The position numbers and the translations under genes are program-made. This document shows positions 25,615 through 39,400 of a stretch of DNA of 64,000 nt, one piece after another (positions within the stretch are counted from its first letter, which is position 1; each line of letters starts with the position of its first letter). The notes under the pieces were generated by a model, which did no database searches, was not told the origin of the DNA, and was given only the letters and a program-made list of their open reading frames with translations. The DNA lies in assembly GCA_964035545.1 (NCBI GenBank), contig OZ037771.1, positions 12,399,133 through 12,463,132 on the forward strand. The letters run 5' to 3'. Source of the DNA: Bugula neritina (Eukaryota; Animalia; Bryozoa).

Positions 25615-27388
25615 ATCTGGCATTGAGAGTGTCGAATAGACGTCGACTCAGTAGATTTGTGGTGCACCCAGTATCCAACAGGAATGTGACAGCTTTGCCA
25701 GCAAGTTTGCCAGGGAGGAAATAGCTGCTTCCATATGGCTGAGCCCTCACTGAGCAGTTTGTCTCTTGAGGTGACACCTCATGTGCATGGAGTTGGGGAT
25801 GCACCTGTGCTTTTCGGTTGTGAAGGGGTTGTCGACGTCACGTGGGCAAGCAGGTTACATCTCGGTCTTGCTCACACCTGGGCGGCCGAGTGAATTCTCG
25901 AACTGGTCCTCGTGTGGGCAACCGAGGAAAATCCCTGTTGTGCTCCCATTCGTCGTTCACTCCCTCATCAAGCAAACCTTCAAAGCGGTTTTTGAGTGCC
26001 CAAGCCGGAGGTATTGGTGGGCCTTGCGGCCGACTCACTCTCCTTGGGGCTTGCCACTCTGGCGAAGGCGGCCTCCTCACCCGGTGGGGTGGGGGCCGTA
26101 GCCTCTGCCTTGGGGGGTTAAACTGGGGCCCACGGTAGGCGGAGGTTACCGTGGGCCATCGCTGTTTAACCGCCTCCCACTGCCGCGGGGGCAACTTCGT
26201 AGGAAGTGCCCACCACTACCACAGCCCCAGCATACGGGGCCGCGCCTGTCGTCGACAGCTACCGACGACTTCTTGGGTCTCTCGGCTGTCGCCTGCTGGC
26301 GCAGTTGCCTGATCTCGGCTAGCAGTTCTCGAATCAAGCTCGTGGTTAAGCTAGTAGATTCGTCTGCTGCTGCCGCTGCGACCGGTACAGCTGTCTTCGC
26401 TGGCGACGTCGACACGTCGTCTGCCCCGACCTGCTGTACTGTCGCACCAGGTCGACTTGCACTGTCGGCTTGGAAATAGGCATTCCCAAGCCTTAGAGCT
26501 CTCTCCATAGTCTCAACTTCGGCCACCAGCAGATGCTGTTTCAGACCGAGGTTGTTAATAGACTGGAGGAATGCATCCAGTGCTAGGCTCTGTCGACTGT
26601 CGGCAGGCAAGTTGCTGTAAGCAACTTGTGCCAGTCGTTCGACTACGGTAGCATGCTCTCGCAGATTGGTCTTAGGATTTCTCCTAAGACTCTGCAGTTG
26701 CACGCGAGCATCTCGAGCGGTTAATCCAAACCTAGCTCGTAGTGCTTCAAATATGTCACCGACATTCTGGCTTATCCCATAGGGTTTAGCCGGCCCTGTC
26801 AGACACAACCGCAGCTGGATCAGAGTAACCCTGTTCGGCCATCCGCAGATGTCCGCCACATCACTAAACTCAGTGATGAATTGCTCCACATCTTCTTCCC
26901 CTGAGAAGATGGGAGCCCGCAAGTGGTACCTGTCCATAGGCAGCGCTGGGCCGCCTATGTGATCCTCCTTTATTGCTGCTGGCTCCTGTGGGGGCGCGTC
27001 GACGACTTCGTCGGCCATCTTACTCCCTGGCTAGGGGCATTTGTATTAAGTGGAATCCCACCGCTGCCACCAGTGTAGTGAATTTTGCCAGTTCACTATT
27101 ATTATGTGTGGGTCAACTTAATCAAAGCCACTGTACCAGGTTGTTTACGATAAGATACTTTATTATTTACACAAATACAAGAAGGTTATTTACTGCTAGC
27201 ATGAATAGAAAACGATTACATAATTAGTGAGCTTTAACACACAACTACTCTAAATGAAGTCCCAAGCTGCTCTGCCGGCTAGCTACTCTGCGCACTGCAA
27301 CTACGAGTAGCTAGCTCCACCTGCTATCAATTAGTGTGACTGTCCTGATTGGTGGTTACTAGTGGTGCCACTGCTGTCCATAGCTACA
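25615..27388 (-). mobile_element. 3'-truncated Ty3/Gypsy retrotransposon: 5' LTR (27388-27074), tRNA-Leu PBS, gag, protease
   Basis: TG...CA LTR; PBS tggtggcagcggtgggatt complementary to tRNA-Leu 3' end; gag with CCHC; protease FLLDTGC; homology lost abruptly near 25615. Confidence 0.88.
26146..27018 (-). CDS. gag: Retrotransposon Gag (290 aa, intact)
   Basis: FSGEEDVEQF...W capsid-like region; CWGCGSGGHFLRSC zinc knuckle. Confidence 0.88.
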   Translation of the reverse strand: MADEVVDAPPQEPAAIKEDHIGGPALPMDRYHLRAPIFSGEEDVEQFITEFSDVADICGWPNRVTLIQLRLCLTGPAKPYGISQNVGDIFEALRARFGLTARDARVQLQSLRRNPKTNLREHATVVERLAQVAYSNLPADSRQSLALDAFLQSINNLGLKQHLLVAEVETMERALRLGNAYFQADSASRPGATVQQVGADDVSTSPAKTAVPVAAAAADESTSLTTSLIRELLAEIRQLRQQATAERPKKSSVAVDDRRGPVCWGCGSGGHFLRSCPRGSGRRLNSDGPR

Positions 27389-27565
27389 ATCCGACAGTGT
27401 CGAACTTACAATATAATAAACACTATAAAGTGAACCTTTTCGATTAATACAATAATAATTGCACCACTAAAATCTATCACAATATAGTAGTTGGCCAGTT
27501 AACTTTTGTTTATACATGTCAGTTATGCTTTGAAACTTAGAAAAATACATGTGCATTTATTGTAG

Positions 27566-29219
27566 CATTTGCTATGACCATGAAGTTAGATATCCTCTTG
27601 TTTACCAATCACCTGATGACTGCAAAGAGCTTCTGGTTGTTGGTAAGGGTGCAACTATCAATGTTCAGGATGTTCTTCGGAAAGCAGTCTGTCAGAGTCA
27701 TTTTAACTCTTTTACAGTATTTACTAAAAACATTGACGGATTGTTGCACAGTAATGAGCTTATCGGGGGCTCACTGCATAAGTTCAACACTAAAAAGTGT
27801 ATCCAACTGATGGATGGTTTATACTTGACTATCAGCACTGCTGTTTGTGAGTTAGTGATGAAAGGAAAAGTGTTAGATCCACTCAATCCATATACTGGCT
27901 ATTTTGCAGTAGTACCAGCACACTTTCTTTTAGAGAAACATGAATGTGAAGAATTGTTAGCAGAAAGTGTAACACCTGAAATATTAAAACGCATGAAAGA
28001 CAAAATTGAAAAATCGACACTTCGCATGAAGATGTTCAACTTCATTAAAAAACTTGAGTTAAAGTTTACTTCTTTCTTGGCTTATCGTCATTACAGGGTA
28101 GAAGAAGCTCCTCCTGATCACTACAAGTCATATCTTAATAATCTTGTATTATTAAAACTTGATCCACATCAACTTCTCCTCGACTCAAAAACTTTAATTC
28201 CTCGTTCAAACATTGAAAATGCAATGACAGACATTTTCACTCCAACGGGATTGAAATGCTCAATGGGTGAAATCCTGCCAATCCAGGACCCAAGAGATTT
28301 AGCAACCATGGCAATGGCAGAGGTTCGTGTTAGAGTCGGGCATACAAATGGCTATATGGTTCTTGGTGGATCATGGAAGCCTTCAAAGAAACAACGAAAG
28401 AAGGGTGCTGACATTGAAAGACAGTTTCTTCATAACATACAGTTTGTAGTAGAAGACTGCGACTGGTAGGAAAAACTAGTAGCTTTATGAATTTTCAGCA
28501 TAAAAACATAGTGATATGTTTTAAGACTGTAAATTTATAAATTGGTTTACTGTTTTGTTTTTGTTTATTTTAGGCCTTTAAAAAATGGGGATAGTGGTAC
28601 TGTTGTCTATGTCATTGATGCTCACAATCAATGCCATTATCGCCTTGGAATGCTGGTGGGGCATTTGCACAGAACCCATCGTAATGGTAAAGCAGTTTTT
28701 CAAGCAGTTGTGTTAAGCCAAGCTCTTATGGAGATCGAAAGTAAAAACAACGATTGTATTCAAAGTTTACAACTCTTGAATCAATGCAAAATTGAACCTC
28801 ATTTCACTGATAACCGAAGCTTTTTATGCCATAAAGATAACGCTACATTAAGGCTTAACCAAGGTCATAATCGTAGTAGCTTTCGTTCAAACAGCCACTT
28901 GAAAAGACCACACAGTGAACCATATGGTGTAAATGCTCAATCAACCACGAGTAGACAGCAAGATGGCCTTCACAATACTATCCAGAGTCATAACAACATG
29001 TATCGAAGTGTTTGTGATCCTGAAGATGCATCAATTGAAGAAGAACAAGGTGAATCCCTTCAAAACGTTTTCCCACCAGACCCCAATGGTGCAGCGGCAA
29101 GTGGGTGGCATAATCCTTATACAACTTCTCACAGAAAACCATCCTTCACTTCAGCTCAACAGTGTCAAGCTTCAGATGAAAGTCTTTTTGGTAGCCAATT
29201 CCTTTTTGACAAAAAGTAG
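27566..29219 (+). CDS. Uncharacterised divergent trypsin-like protease, paralog 1 (triad His/Asn/Ser); exons 27566-28465, 28574-29219; upstream exon(s) unresolved
   Basis: GYFAVVPAH, YLNNLVLLKL, LKNGDSGTVVYVID, LGMLVG; colinear with paralog 2 and identical phase-2 introns. Confidence 0.75.
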
Positions 29220-29333
29220 CTTGTAACGCCTATGAATGTACAAGAGTAGATATATCTCCTCACTGGCTAGATATATCTCCTCACTGGCTAGTTCCTGGCA
29301 AAACCAATTTTAATTATATAAATTTATAATACT

Positions 29334-32300
29334 TGAAACATTAAGTATAGTGAGTATATAATTACCTGAGAGTTACTCGAAGTATGTAGGCATGACATTG
29401 AAGCATCGAAAGAACAATAAACTTAAAGTGGGGTCTGGCCGGCCAGGGGAAATACAAGGACCAAAAGTATAGTACTGATTTATAATTATTTTATCACAAA
29501 GTCTATCGGCGTGTTTATCTACTGTAGGCTGACATCTTTCATCTCTTAGTCTCTCGTTCGTCCTTGACCCAATATGTATTTTAATAAACAAATGCACATG
29601 ACATTATAACGTAGCATCTCGCTAGTCCGTAATTAGTGATAATATAACATCTCCCTTCTTAAGCAGGTGACTTCCTTCTATAACATTGTGATTAAGGTTG
29701 CTGAGATTAATAATATGATACGAGTATACATGATTAATATATGGATTGGGGATTAACAATGAAACTAAATAACTATGTACAGGGTGGGAAACGGCTAATA
29801 GCTTATCCCATGTGGAAGTCCTTGTATTTAGCGGGGAGGACTCCACGGTTGCTTCTGGGTTGACGCTCTGGTGGTGGTGCCGCGTTCCTGAGAGGTGTTG
29901 CAGGCAGGGCAGGCATGTGGGGGGATTCATTAGGAGCATCTCCAACATCAGTATCAGCAGCATCAGCGACACCAAGGGTCTGTGTGTTATCTGGTTTGAG
30001 GTGAACACGATTCCTACGCACTATAGACTGACCGTTGTCAACCAAGTAGGATCTGGGGGAGTCATGCTGTTCGACAATCATTCCTGGCGACCATTCTTTG
30101 TCAGTGCTTGACCTGATTAGTGCAGGAGTCCCAGGTTCCAGATCAGCCAACGGCCGTGCATGGCGGTCGTGGTACTTCTTCTGCAAGTTTTGGTTGGCTA
30201 TTAGTTGTTGGCTAGCCTCAATAACAACTGGTTTAAGCGACTCGGCAGTGATTGGCAAATCACTTCTTAGGGCTCTGTTGAACAGAAGCTCAGCTGGACT
30301 GAAAGCACAGCCAGTGATAGGAGATTGCCTGTATCTGAGTAGTGACCTGTATATATCCTCTCTTTCATCCTCACATTTTTTTAGAAAGGCTTTCATCGTT
30401 TGCACATAACGCTCAGCCATTCCATTGGACTTAGGGTAGTGCGGACTAGATGTTACAATGGTGAAGCACCAGCTTGATGCAAAAGTCTGCATGATTCTAC
30501 TGCTGAAAGGCATGTTGTCCGCCAGAATGGACACTGGCACCCCGTGTACAGCAAATATGGATTTCAATGCCAAAACCACGTCTTCAGCAGTCTTTCTCCT
30601 GAGTAATCTCAGCTCGGGAAAGTGAGAGTAACAGTCCACAACTACCAAGTAATCATTATTCTTATAGGACAGTATATCCATAGCCACTTTATTCCATGGT
30701 AGACTTGGCAGCTCATGAGACATTAACGGCTCTTTCTGTTGACGGTTGGAAAACTTAGCGCAGGTGAGGCAACTTGACACTTCATTCCGTATATCAGCAG
30801 ATAGCCCAGGCCAATAGAATGATTTCCTCGCAAGCTCTCTGCATTTCTCAACGCCCAGGTGGCCCATGTGTAGCGACTTTAGAATGTGCTTCCTCTGTGA
30901 CTTCGGAACTATAAGCCGCTCTTCAACGTAAAGAAATCCATCCACATCATAGATGTCAGATCTAACATTCCAGTAGGGTTGGATTTCTGTGGGGGCCTGA
31001 CTCCGTCTACTCCATGACCAACCATCTTGCAGTGCTTTTTTCAGACTGTCCATTGTCGGGTCTTCAGCATATGACTGTCTCATCTCATTCATGGTGCTAT
31101 CATCGGTTTCTAAGGCATGAACCATCACAACTTCACCTTCGAGATCACACTGATCATTTGTAACGCGCTGAAGGTAGGCTTGGGATAGTGTGTCAGCAAT
31201 ATATAAATACTTGCCCGGAACATATGTGAACTCAGCTATCCGGTATCTTTGCAGTCGCAGAAGTAGTCTTTGCAGCCTTGGGGATGCCTTGTGCAACGAC
31301 TTGTTCATTATCGGGACGAGAGGTTTATGATCCGTCTGTATGTGAACAGCACGTCCATAGAGTTAGCTGTGAAAGCGCTCACAGCCGAACACAACTGCTA
31401 GCAGCTCCTTATCTATTTGGGGATAGTTGCACTCAGTCTCAGTTAAGCTGCGTGAAGCGTATGCAACAGGTTTACCTTCCTGTAGTAACACTGCACCAAG
31501 TCCCGACTTTGAAGCGTCAACTTGTAAATGCGCATCCTTGGTAACATCAAAATACTGCAAGACAGGTTCAGATGTAAGCAAGCGTTTAATTACCTGGAAG
31601 CTTTCCATTTGTTCTTTGGACCACACCCACTGACTATCACTCTTCAGTAGCACTCTCAAGGGCTCAGTACAGGCTGACATGTTGGGTATGTAGGCTCTTA
31701 GAAAATTGAGAGTACCAATCAGTCTTTATACTCCCTCTCGGTCTGTTGGGTCAGGCATGGCCTCAATAGCAGCTATCTTGTCTGGGTCAGGACGCAGACC
31801 ATCTTTCGATACTATATGGCCTAAATAGCGTACCTCCGTCTGATTCAACTGAATCTTCTTGCGATTAAACTTCACATTAGCCTCTTTGGCCTTTACCAAT
31901 AGCTTTCTCAGATTGGCATCATGTTCCTGTTGTGTCTTTCCAGCTACAATGATGTCATCAAAATACACTGAGACACCAGGCAAGTCTCCAACTATTTGCT
32001 CCACCTTCTTCTCAAAGACTTCAGCACTTGAGTGAAGACCAAATGGAAGTCTATCAAAACAGTAGCGACCATATGGGGTGTTGAACGTTGTGAGCAGACT
32101 ACTCTCTTTGGTCAAGGCTACATGCCAGTATCCATGTTTCATGTCCATGATGGTGTAGTATTGCATACCATTGAATCTGAAGGCAATGTCTTCTAATGTG
32201 GGTATCTTGTGATGTTCTCGTCTCACTGCTCTGTTCAGGTCCTTGGGGTCTAGGCATATACGAACCGACCCATCTTTCTTTTCAACGCATACCATACTAC

Positions 32301-34158
32301 TCACCCAGTTGGTTGGTACGTCAACCTTAGATATGATTCCAGATGCCTCCATATCATCCAGTTCCTTTTTCACTTTGTCTAACATACTGAGTGGGACACG
32401 TCTTGGATGATGAACCACAGGCTTCACATTCTCGTCAACACATATCTCGTGCTCTCCATCAAGTCTGCCAACTCCTTCAAACACCTCAGGAAACTCCTGA
32501 AGTATCGAGGTTGACAACTGATTAACTCTGCGGATCAGACCAAAAGATTCAGCAGCCTCGAGGCCAAGTATGGGAGGAAGGTCCTCATCAACCACCTCGA
32601 AGTGGACACTCTGGCTAGGCTCCTTGTGGTTCACGGTGAGTTGAACTGCACCCACATTCTTGATCTTGGCCTTATTATAGCCGTAAAGGCATACAGAAGT
32701 GGGCTTTAGAGTAGCACCAAGTGACTGAACGGTTCTTAGGTTGATGCAATTTGTTTCAGCTCCAGTATCAATCTTAAACTGAATATCATTGGCCTTTCCT
32801 TTGTCACTGACCTTCATCGGAAGAATCCAAGATTTCAATTTAGATTCATTAGAAAGAGCACCAACAGCACCTATGAACAAGCTATTCATTTGTTTCGCTG
32901 CAAGAGCTTTGCCTTTGCAGACTTTCTCAAAGTGATTTTTCTTCCCGCAGTTATGACATGTCTCGCCATAAGCAGGACATCTACCTTTGGCATGTGTATA
33001 TCCACAAAATTTGCAATCTATGTTGTCCTTACGTGTGTTACTTCTGGTTTTATTTTGCGTAGCGCCAGGCTGACTCTGCACAGTGCTGACTGCAGCATCA
33101 TTTATCTCATTGACTGTCTTCATAGTAGTATCACCGGCAGCCATCCTTGACATCTGATGTTTGGTAATCTCAGCAGCACGGATGTCATCTAAGGCACTCT
33201 CAAGTTTAACGTTTTTGTCACGGAGTAGCCGTTCCTTCAGCTTTCCATCAGTGAGTCCAAACACAATTCTGCAGAGAAGCATTCGGTCTCGCAATTCGCC
33301 AAAATCACATTTTGTAGCTTGAGTTTTTAGACGTTTCACAAAGGTGTCAATGGGCTCTCCATCACTCTGACTGAGAGACCAAAAAACAAACCATTCATAC
33401 AACACGTTACGCCGGGGATTGCAATAGGCTTCAAACTGCTCCAAAACATCAGCCATAACATCCTTGCTTTTACCTGCGGGAAAGTCAAATTGACCATAAA
33501 TCTCAGTAGCTTCCTCACCAGCCTGGTTCAGAAGTATAGCAACCTGACGTCTATTAATACCCGCATTCTCAGGAGGAGGCTCTTGGCCACTCTCTTGAGG
33601 CTTCAAAACCAAATCACTTGCAAGCAAATAATTTTCCAAGGCCCTTCTCCACTTCCTCCAATTGTCTGACACATTACCTTCAAATGATAATTCTCCAGGG
33701 GCCTTCAAACCTTCCATGACAGCTCCAAGGCAGACCAACACAGTCCACAACAACAAACAACTAAAAGCCAAACAATCACCACTCCAGTGGCAAAGTAGGG
33801 TGCGAGTACGATCTAGCTGCCACCATGAAACATTAAGTATAGTGAGTATATAATTACCTGAGAGTTACTCGAAGTATGTAGGCATGACATTGAAGCATCG
33901 AAAGAACAATAAACTTAAAGTGGGGTCTGGCCGGCCAGGGGAATACAAGGACCAAAAGTATAGTACTGATTTATAATTATTTTATCACAAAGTCTATCGG
34001 CGTGTTTATCTACTGTAGGCTGACATCTTTCATCTCTTAGTCTCTCGTTCGTCCTTGACCCAATATGTATTTTAATAAACAAATGCACATGACATTATAA
34101 CGTAGCATCTCGCTAGTCCGTAATTAGTGATAAACAAAAGACACATAATAATATAACA
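29334..34158 (-). mobile_element. Full-length Ty3/Gypsy LTR retrotransposon (Mag-like), ~4.8 kb; LTRs 34158-33826 and 29649-29334; TSD ATACT
   Basis: Near-identical TG...CA LTRs, ATACT on both flanks, PBS tggtggcagc, PPT aagaagggaga; one frame with two zinc knuckles, PR (IDTGA), RT (YFDD), RNase H, integrase. Confidence 0.96.
29803..33717 (-). pseudogene. gag-pol polyprotein broken by two in-frame TAA codons (31728-31726, 31365-31363)
   Basis: ORFs 31726-33771, 31363-31680 and 29803-31308 share one frame; intervening codons read as pol (RLIGTLNFLRAYIPN; LYGRAVHIQTDHKPL). Confidence 0.9.
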
Positions 34159-35240
34159 ATACTGAAACTGTGATTAATTTAAGATTCTACTTACAAGCGT
34201 TGTTTTTCCATATTTTTACCAGGCACTGCCAAAACATTCAACTGCTGGAGGTGTGCGCAACTCACCATTTTAGCACAGCTTAAGCTTGAGATACAAACCT
34301 TGATAAAGATAGCTGGCCAAGCAGCTACTATTTAAACTTAATGTATTCTTTCAACGGCAAGCCAACTTTGGTGCATAGCTGAAATAATGCTGTATAGTGA
34401 TGAATGCCAACATTTATTTTTTACAAACATGTTCTAATTCAAAAACTACTTTGCCTTCTGTTTTAAATTGTTAGACGACTACAATATTTTTATTCATATT
34501 CTATTTTATATATGGCTATATGCATGCTTTATTAGTACTTAAAATTTTAGCATTCCAATACGTATAATATAATAACATTTCACATATACCCTGGATTTCC
34601 ATTGCTTTGCATTATATAAAAATATTTTTCATTTGATGTTTGGGAACAAAAATCTATCCACAGGATTTACGTATTCATATGAAGAAATAATAAAAAAAAT
34701 TAGTGTAGTAAAAAATATTATTAGAGCCATCGAGCAGTACACGTTGCGTCAAGTTGACGGCCCTGAATAACAATATTGTGAATATAGAGACTAGGTCAAG
34801 GTAATTTTTATCGGACTTGCAAGTTAAATCATTCTGGCAATATAATTTAACTAACTCAAAGCTAGGTCAATTAATTTTGATATATTGTGATTGGTTGATA
34901 CAAGTTGTAATGCTAATTTTATATTAAATTTGTTGAGTTTTATAAAAATTTTGTATGTAAATAATTGGTTGTACCCCAAGACGTCCGTTTTGTGCTCCAA
35001 GACGTCCGTAATATGGATATAAATAGAGTTGTAATTTTTAGTAGCAGTCAGTCGACTGTTGCCTGTTGTAATGTTTATAATTGACTCTTATAAATATAAT
35101 AAATTTTATTCTTTGCGAAATACTTTGCTCTTTGATTAGGTTGCTATTGAGTTGGCAATAGTGGTGGTTAGTTTCTATAGGTTTGTCAATGGTGATTACT
35201 TGCGCTGCAATTCCTGTTGAATCTTGGTGATTCAAATCCC

Positions 35241-35527
35241 AGGAATCTGATTTCTGTCACTGTCTCTGACTACAGCTGCTGTGATATAAATCGGCGAACC
35301 ATAGCCGTGTCCCTGTCATGCTCCAGCACTGTTACCGAACACCAGAAATCATTTTTCCACTGTAGTGACTCTCTTGCGTTGCGGAATTCCTGTCGAGTCT
35401 CTGCGATTCAAACATCAGGAATCAGATTTCTGTCACTGTCTCTGACTACAGTTGCTGTGATATAAATCGGCAAACCATAGCCGTGTCCCTATCACACTTC
35501 AGCACTGTTACCGAACACCAGAAATCA
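35241..35527. repeat. ~110-bp direct repeat, two copies ~176 bp apart
   Basis: aggaatc(t/a)gatttctgtcactgtctctgactacag...gttaccgaacaccagaaatca twice. Confidence 0.85.
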
Positions 35528-36439
35528 ATAGTCACTGGAAAATATTAAAATCGCATTAGCAAATAATTTGGCAACAAACAGTATTAGATAGTTTAATTAG
35601 TTTTCCGCACAAGGGAATTCTATTCCGACCCTCATTGTTAAGTGAGATTACTTACCGTCAATAGTGACACCTGGTGTCAGACACAAATTTACTTCATTAG
35701 TAACTACATTGTTGATGTTTTTCTTTAACTTTCCCATTAAATAAATAATTTCATAGCATCAGCACTATGGCACCAACATTTTATGTATAAGCAACTAATA
35801 TTTTGACATAATTTATTGCATTTTTTTCTAAAATGTTGACAGTAGGTAGCTGTAATAGTATTGCATGTATGTAAAGTTCAATGATATATCTTTATTTAGA
35901 AAACACAACTAATCACACCAAACACATCTTCAAGACTGATGATATATAAAATAGCTTTATAAAGAATCAATTAGTATGACCATACTGGTTGTTTCCAAAG
36001 CCACAAAAAAACTATTTATGGCGTACAGAAAAACAGCACAATTACAGTATTCACAAAACAGCTTACAATAATCGCGTGATGCAATATCATGCACATTACA
36101 GTTGCTAATATGTTGTGTATCAAAGCATTCACCAGCATTCACACTTAATTATAATTCATGATATACTACAATATTTTTTCTTTTATAAAAATATAAAACA
36201 TTTAATTTCCTAGAGCAATATATATGTACTTTTTGCAAAAACTAAAATAAGTTTGCAATAGAAGAGCAATATTCAATTATTCAATCTTATGGCTTGCTTC
36301 AAAATCTTCAGCTATATAGATGTGTTCCCCATTGTCAACTTTTGTAGGATTTATAAATAGCTATGCTTTTAATTGATTATTAAAGATGTAAAAAGTGCTA
36401 TTATAAAATACATATACATAATTAGGTGTCTGCGGCAAC

Positions 36440-39400
36440 AACTGGTAGCCGAGCGGCTTGTTTGGCCGCCGTCAGGTACTGCTGGCAGTTGCCCCCCAGC
36501 CTGTTGGGAAGTGTGGAAATAAAGGACACTTCCACGGGAACTGTTTACACACTGAGAGGATATGGTTAAGCCTCAATGTCCCAAGGTAAAATCCGTCAAC
36601 CATGGGCTTTGAATAACACTTCCAGGATCAAGGCCAAAGCCCAAACCCAGTAGGGTGAGGAGGACGCCTTTTTCAGAGTGCAGCGCTGCACCATTTCCGA
36701 ATACTCTGGGGTTACAGTTTTTTTGTCAAAGTAGCAAGCACCCAAGAAAGTTAGCAGACCTTTAGGTTTGACAAAACCTCCGGCTTTGCCATTTAAAAAT
36801 TGCATTGAAAGATTGCAGGAGAAAACAATGTACGAGAAGTGGGAGCAATATCGAGATTTCCCTTGACTGCCCACAAGTCCTCGAAAACCCTTCGCAATCG
36901 GAAAGCATGGGTGCATCCCAAACTCTATGCAAACTTGTCAGCAAAGCTGCAACATTACTGTTGGACACAGGGTATACAACCAATCTTTTGAGCAGGCATC
37001 TCTTTGACACACTAAGTACACAAGACAGAGCTAACCTGGAGCCATACAAAGGAGAGCACAGCAAATTTGTGAAAAAGTCGTGCATTCCATTTCATGGCAT
37101 GATTGAGCTGACGGGATAAGTCCGTGAGCAGGTAATCAGCGAGACTTTCATCGTCAGTCAGCTGAAGGAGGATGCCGTATTAGAGATGTCATCACCAAAA
37201 AGACACAAGTGCCACATTGACTTTAACAAGTCGTCTGTGATGTGGGCTGGGCTTGAGCTCGCTTGTGTTTATAAGTTTGGCAGGCCCTTGGTAGGGGAGT
37301 GCAGGTGGTGCGGCCCTGCAACATTCAGGGATGCTCTCGAATTACAGTTTGCTGCAGAATGAACTGTAAAAAATACTTTGACTTAAGAATGGTCGAAGGA
37401 ACACTTGGTGCGTCTAGCTCCCAAACAGTCTGAATTGACTGCTCGAATGTAGAGAGTTCCTGACACAGTGCAATAACCCTTTCACGGAGTGAGAGGAGTT
37501 GCCGGCTGGCTTGTTAGTGAGGAAGCTTTACTCTGTGCAGGAAGAGGATATAGGGCTCAACATAGAGAATGCAGAGAAAACCCGTGGAGTACTCCCTACG
37601 AACGACAGAGGACCGGTACCAAAACACTTGGTATATTTGTATGGGAATGCATGTGATGGCTGTGAGAATAACAGGAAAATCCAGATAGTTGTGCAATAAC
37701 TCTCTGTGTAAAAAGATGTGTTCAGTCACAATTACCATGATATGGTGGTAGGACGGGGCCGATTTTCTAGCCGAACCGCCAGCTAGATCCTGGAAAAAAA
37801 ACAGAAGTGAGCTGTTAGGTGCAAGATCTTCTGAGCTGAGACCTGATTTAGCCAACCTATAGTACTTAGAGCTCTCAATCTGGAGGTTTTGCATAAATTA
37901 TTGCAAACTGAACAACGTGATCATTTAGCACGCTTACTTTCTTTTAAGAATCAATAAGTAGCTTGGATGTCTTAGCTGGTAGCAAGTTATTCAGTACGTC
38001 AATATTTGCTGAGCGGGTACCGGCAGGTGCCTTTGAGTCTTAATGCACAAGACAAGGTAGCGTTTATAATGTAGGATGGGCTCTGGAAATGGAAGATGTT
38101 ACCGTTTAGATTTACATCCACTGCGGCCACGTTTCAGCGACTCATGGAGCAGGTCTTCAGAGGGTTACACTGGAAGACACTGCTCATCTACCTCCATGAT
38201 GTCATTGTCATTTCCCCTGACTTTGACACACATTTTAATTCACTCAGGGAGGTGTTTGAGAGATTTGAAACTGCTGGTCTAAAGATCAAGTCCTCTAAGT
38301 GTGAGTTGTTGCACCCAGAAGTAAGGTACCTAGACAATGTAGTTAACCGGGACTGAGTAGCTACCGACCCCGAGAAGACATGAGCTGTAAGAGAGTGTGT
38401 GGTTCCTCTGAACCTCCTTGAATTGCAGACATTTCTTGGGTTGGTAAGGCACTGCAGGCAGTACATACTCAATTTCGCAGAGATTGCACAGCCATTAAAG
38501 CGGCTGACAGCAAAAAGGGCTTGTTGGCAGTGAGCAAATCAGTAGGCATTTGAGCACCTCAAGGATTGCCTGATGCAGGTACCTATCTTGGTCTACCTCG
38601 ATCTGGTGAAGAAGTACATTCTGGACACTGATGCTAGTAACCACAATGTAGGAGCTATGCTGTCTCAGATTCAGGATGGTCGTGAGATGGTAGTGGCCTA
38701 CTACAGTAAAACTATCTCGACTCCTAAAAAGAACTACTGTACTACCAGGCAAGAACTCCTGGCCGCATTTAGGTCAGTGAAGTGCTTCAGGCCAAATCTG
38801 TATAAGCTGATGTTCAGGCTGCAAATGAATCATACTTCCTTGCTATGGTTGTGCAAGCGAGCTAAATTTTCAAGCCAGGTTGCTCGTCGGCTTGAGATTT
38901 TGCCTGAATGTTCATACCGGATCGAGTACCGATCCAAAAGAAAACACGGTAATGCCAATGAATTGAGCCGGCGGCCTGGAGAGTAGTGTAAGCAATGTCT
39001 TAATAATGAGTCCAGGAATGGTAGACCCCCCTCGCTCAAATGTAAAAAACAGATGGAAAAAGCGAGTGCGTATAGCTGAGAAGAAGGCAAACTCCGATCC
39101 AATTCCTCCAGCGCTGTCAACAACCTTAATGTAAACCTTACACTCTTTTGAAACGTCAAAGAACTTTGCAAATTTCAAGCTACGCTACCGGGGATGGTAG
39201 CCAACTTAATCCGGGCCAAGAAAAAAGGACGGCGACCTAGTGAGGCTGAACAAAGGGTAAAGTGTGCAGAGCTCAAGTATTTCTGTGACCATTGGGACTT
39301 TATCATGTTCAATAATGATAGGTTGTTAACAATAGCGTTAGCAACCATTGTGGATGACCAGGAACATGAGAGGGTAGTCTGTCCGTTTGCCCTTCCTTAG

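Noticed and set aside
31363-31728. Programmed readthrough at the two pol TAA codons
   Set aside because: They fall inside RT-connection/RNase H and look like single-base nonsense mutations
35217-35527. Direct repeat as a coding exon
   Set aside because: Stops in all three minus frames; plus-strand ORF has no recognisable motif
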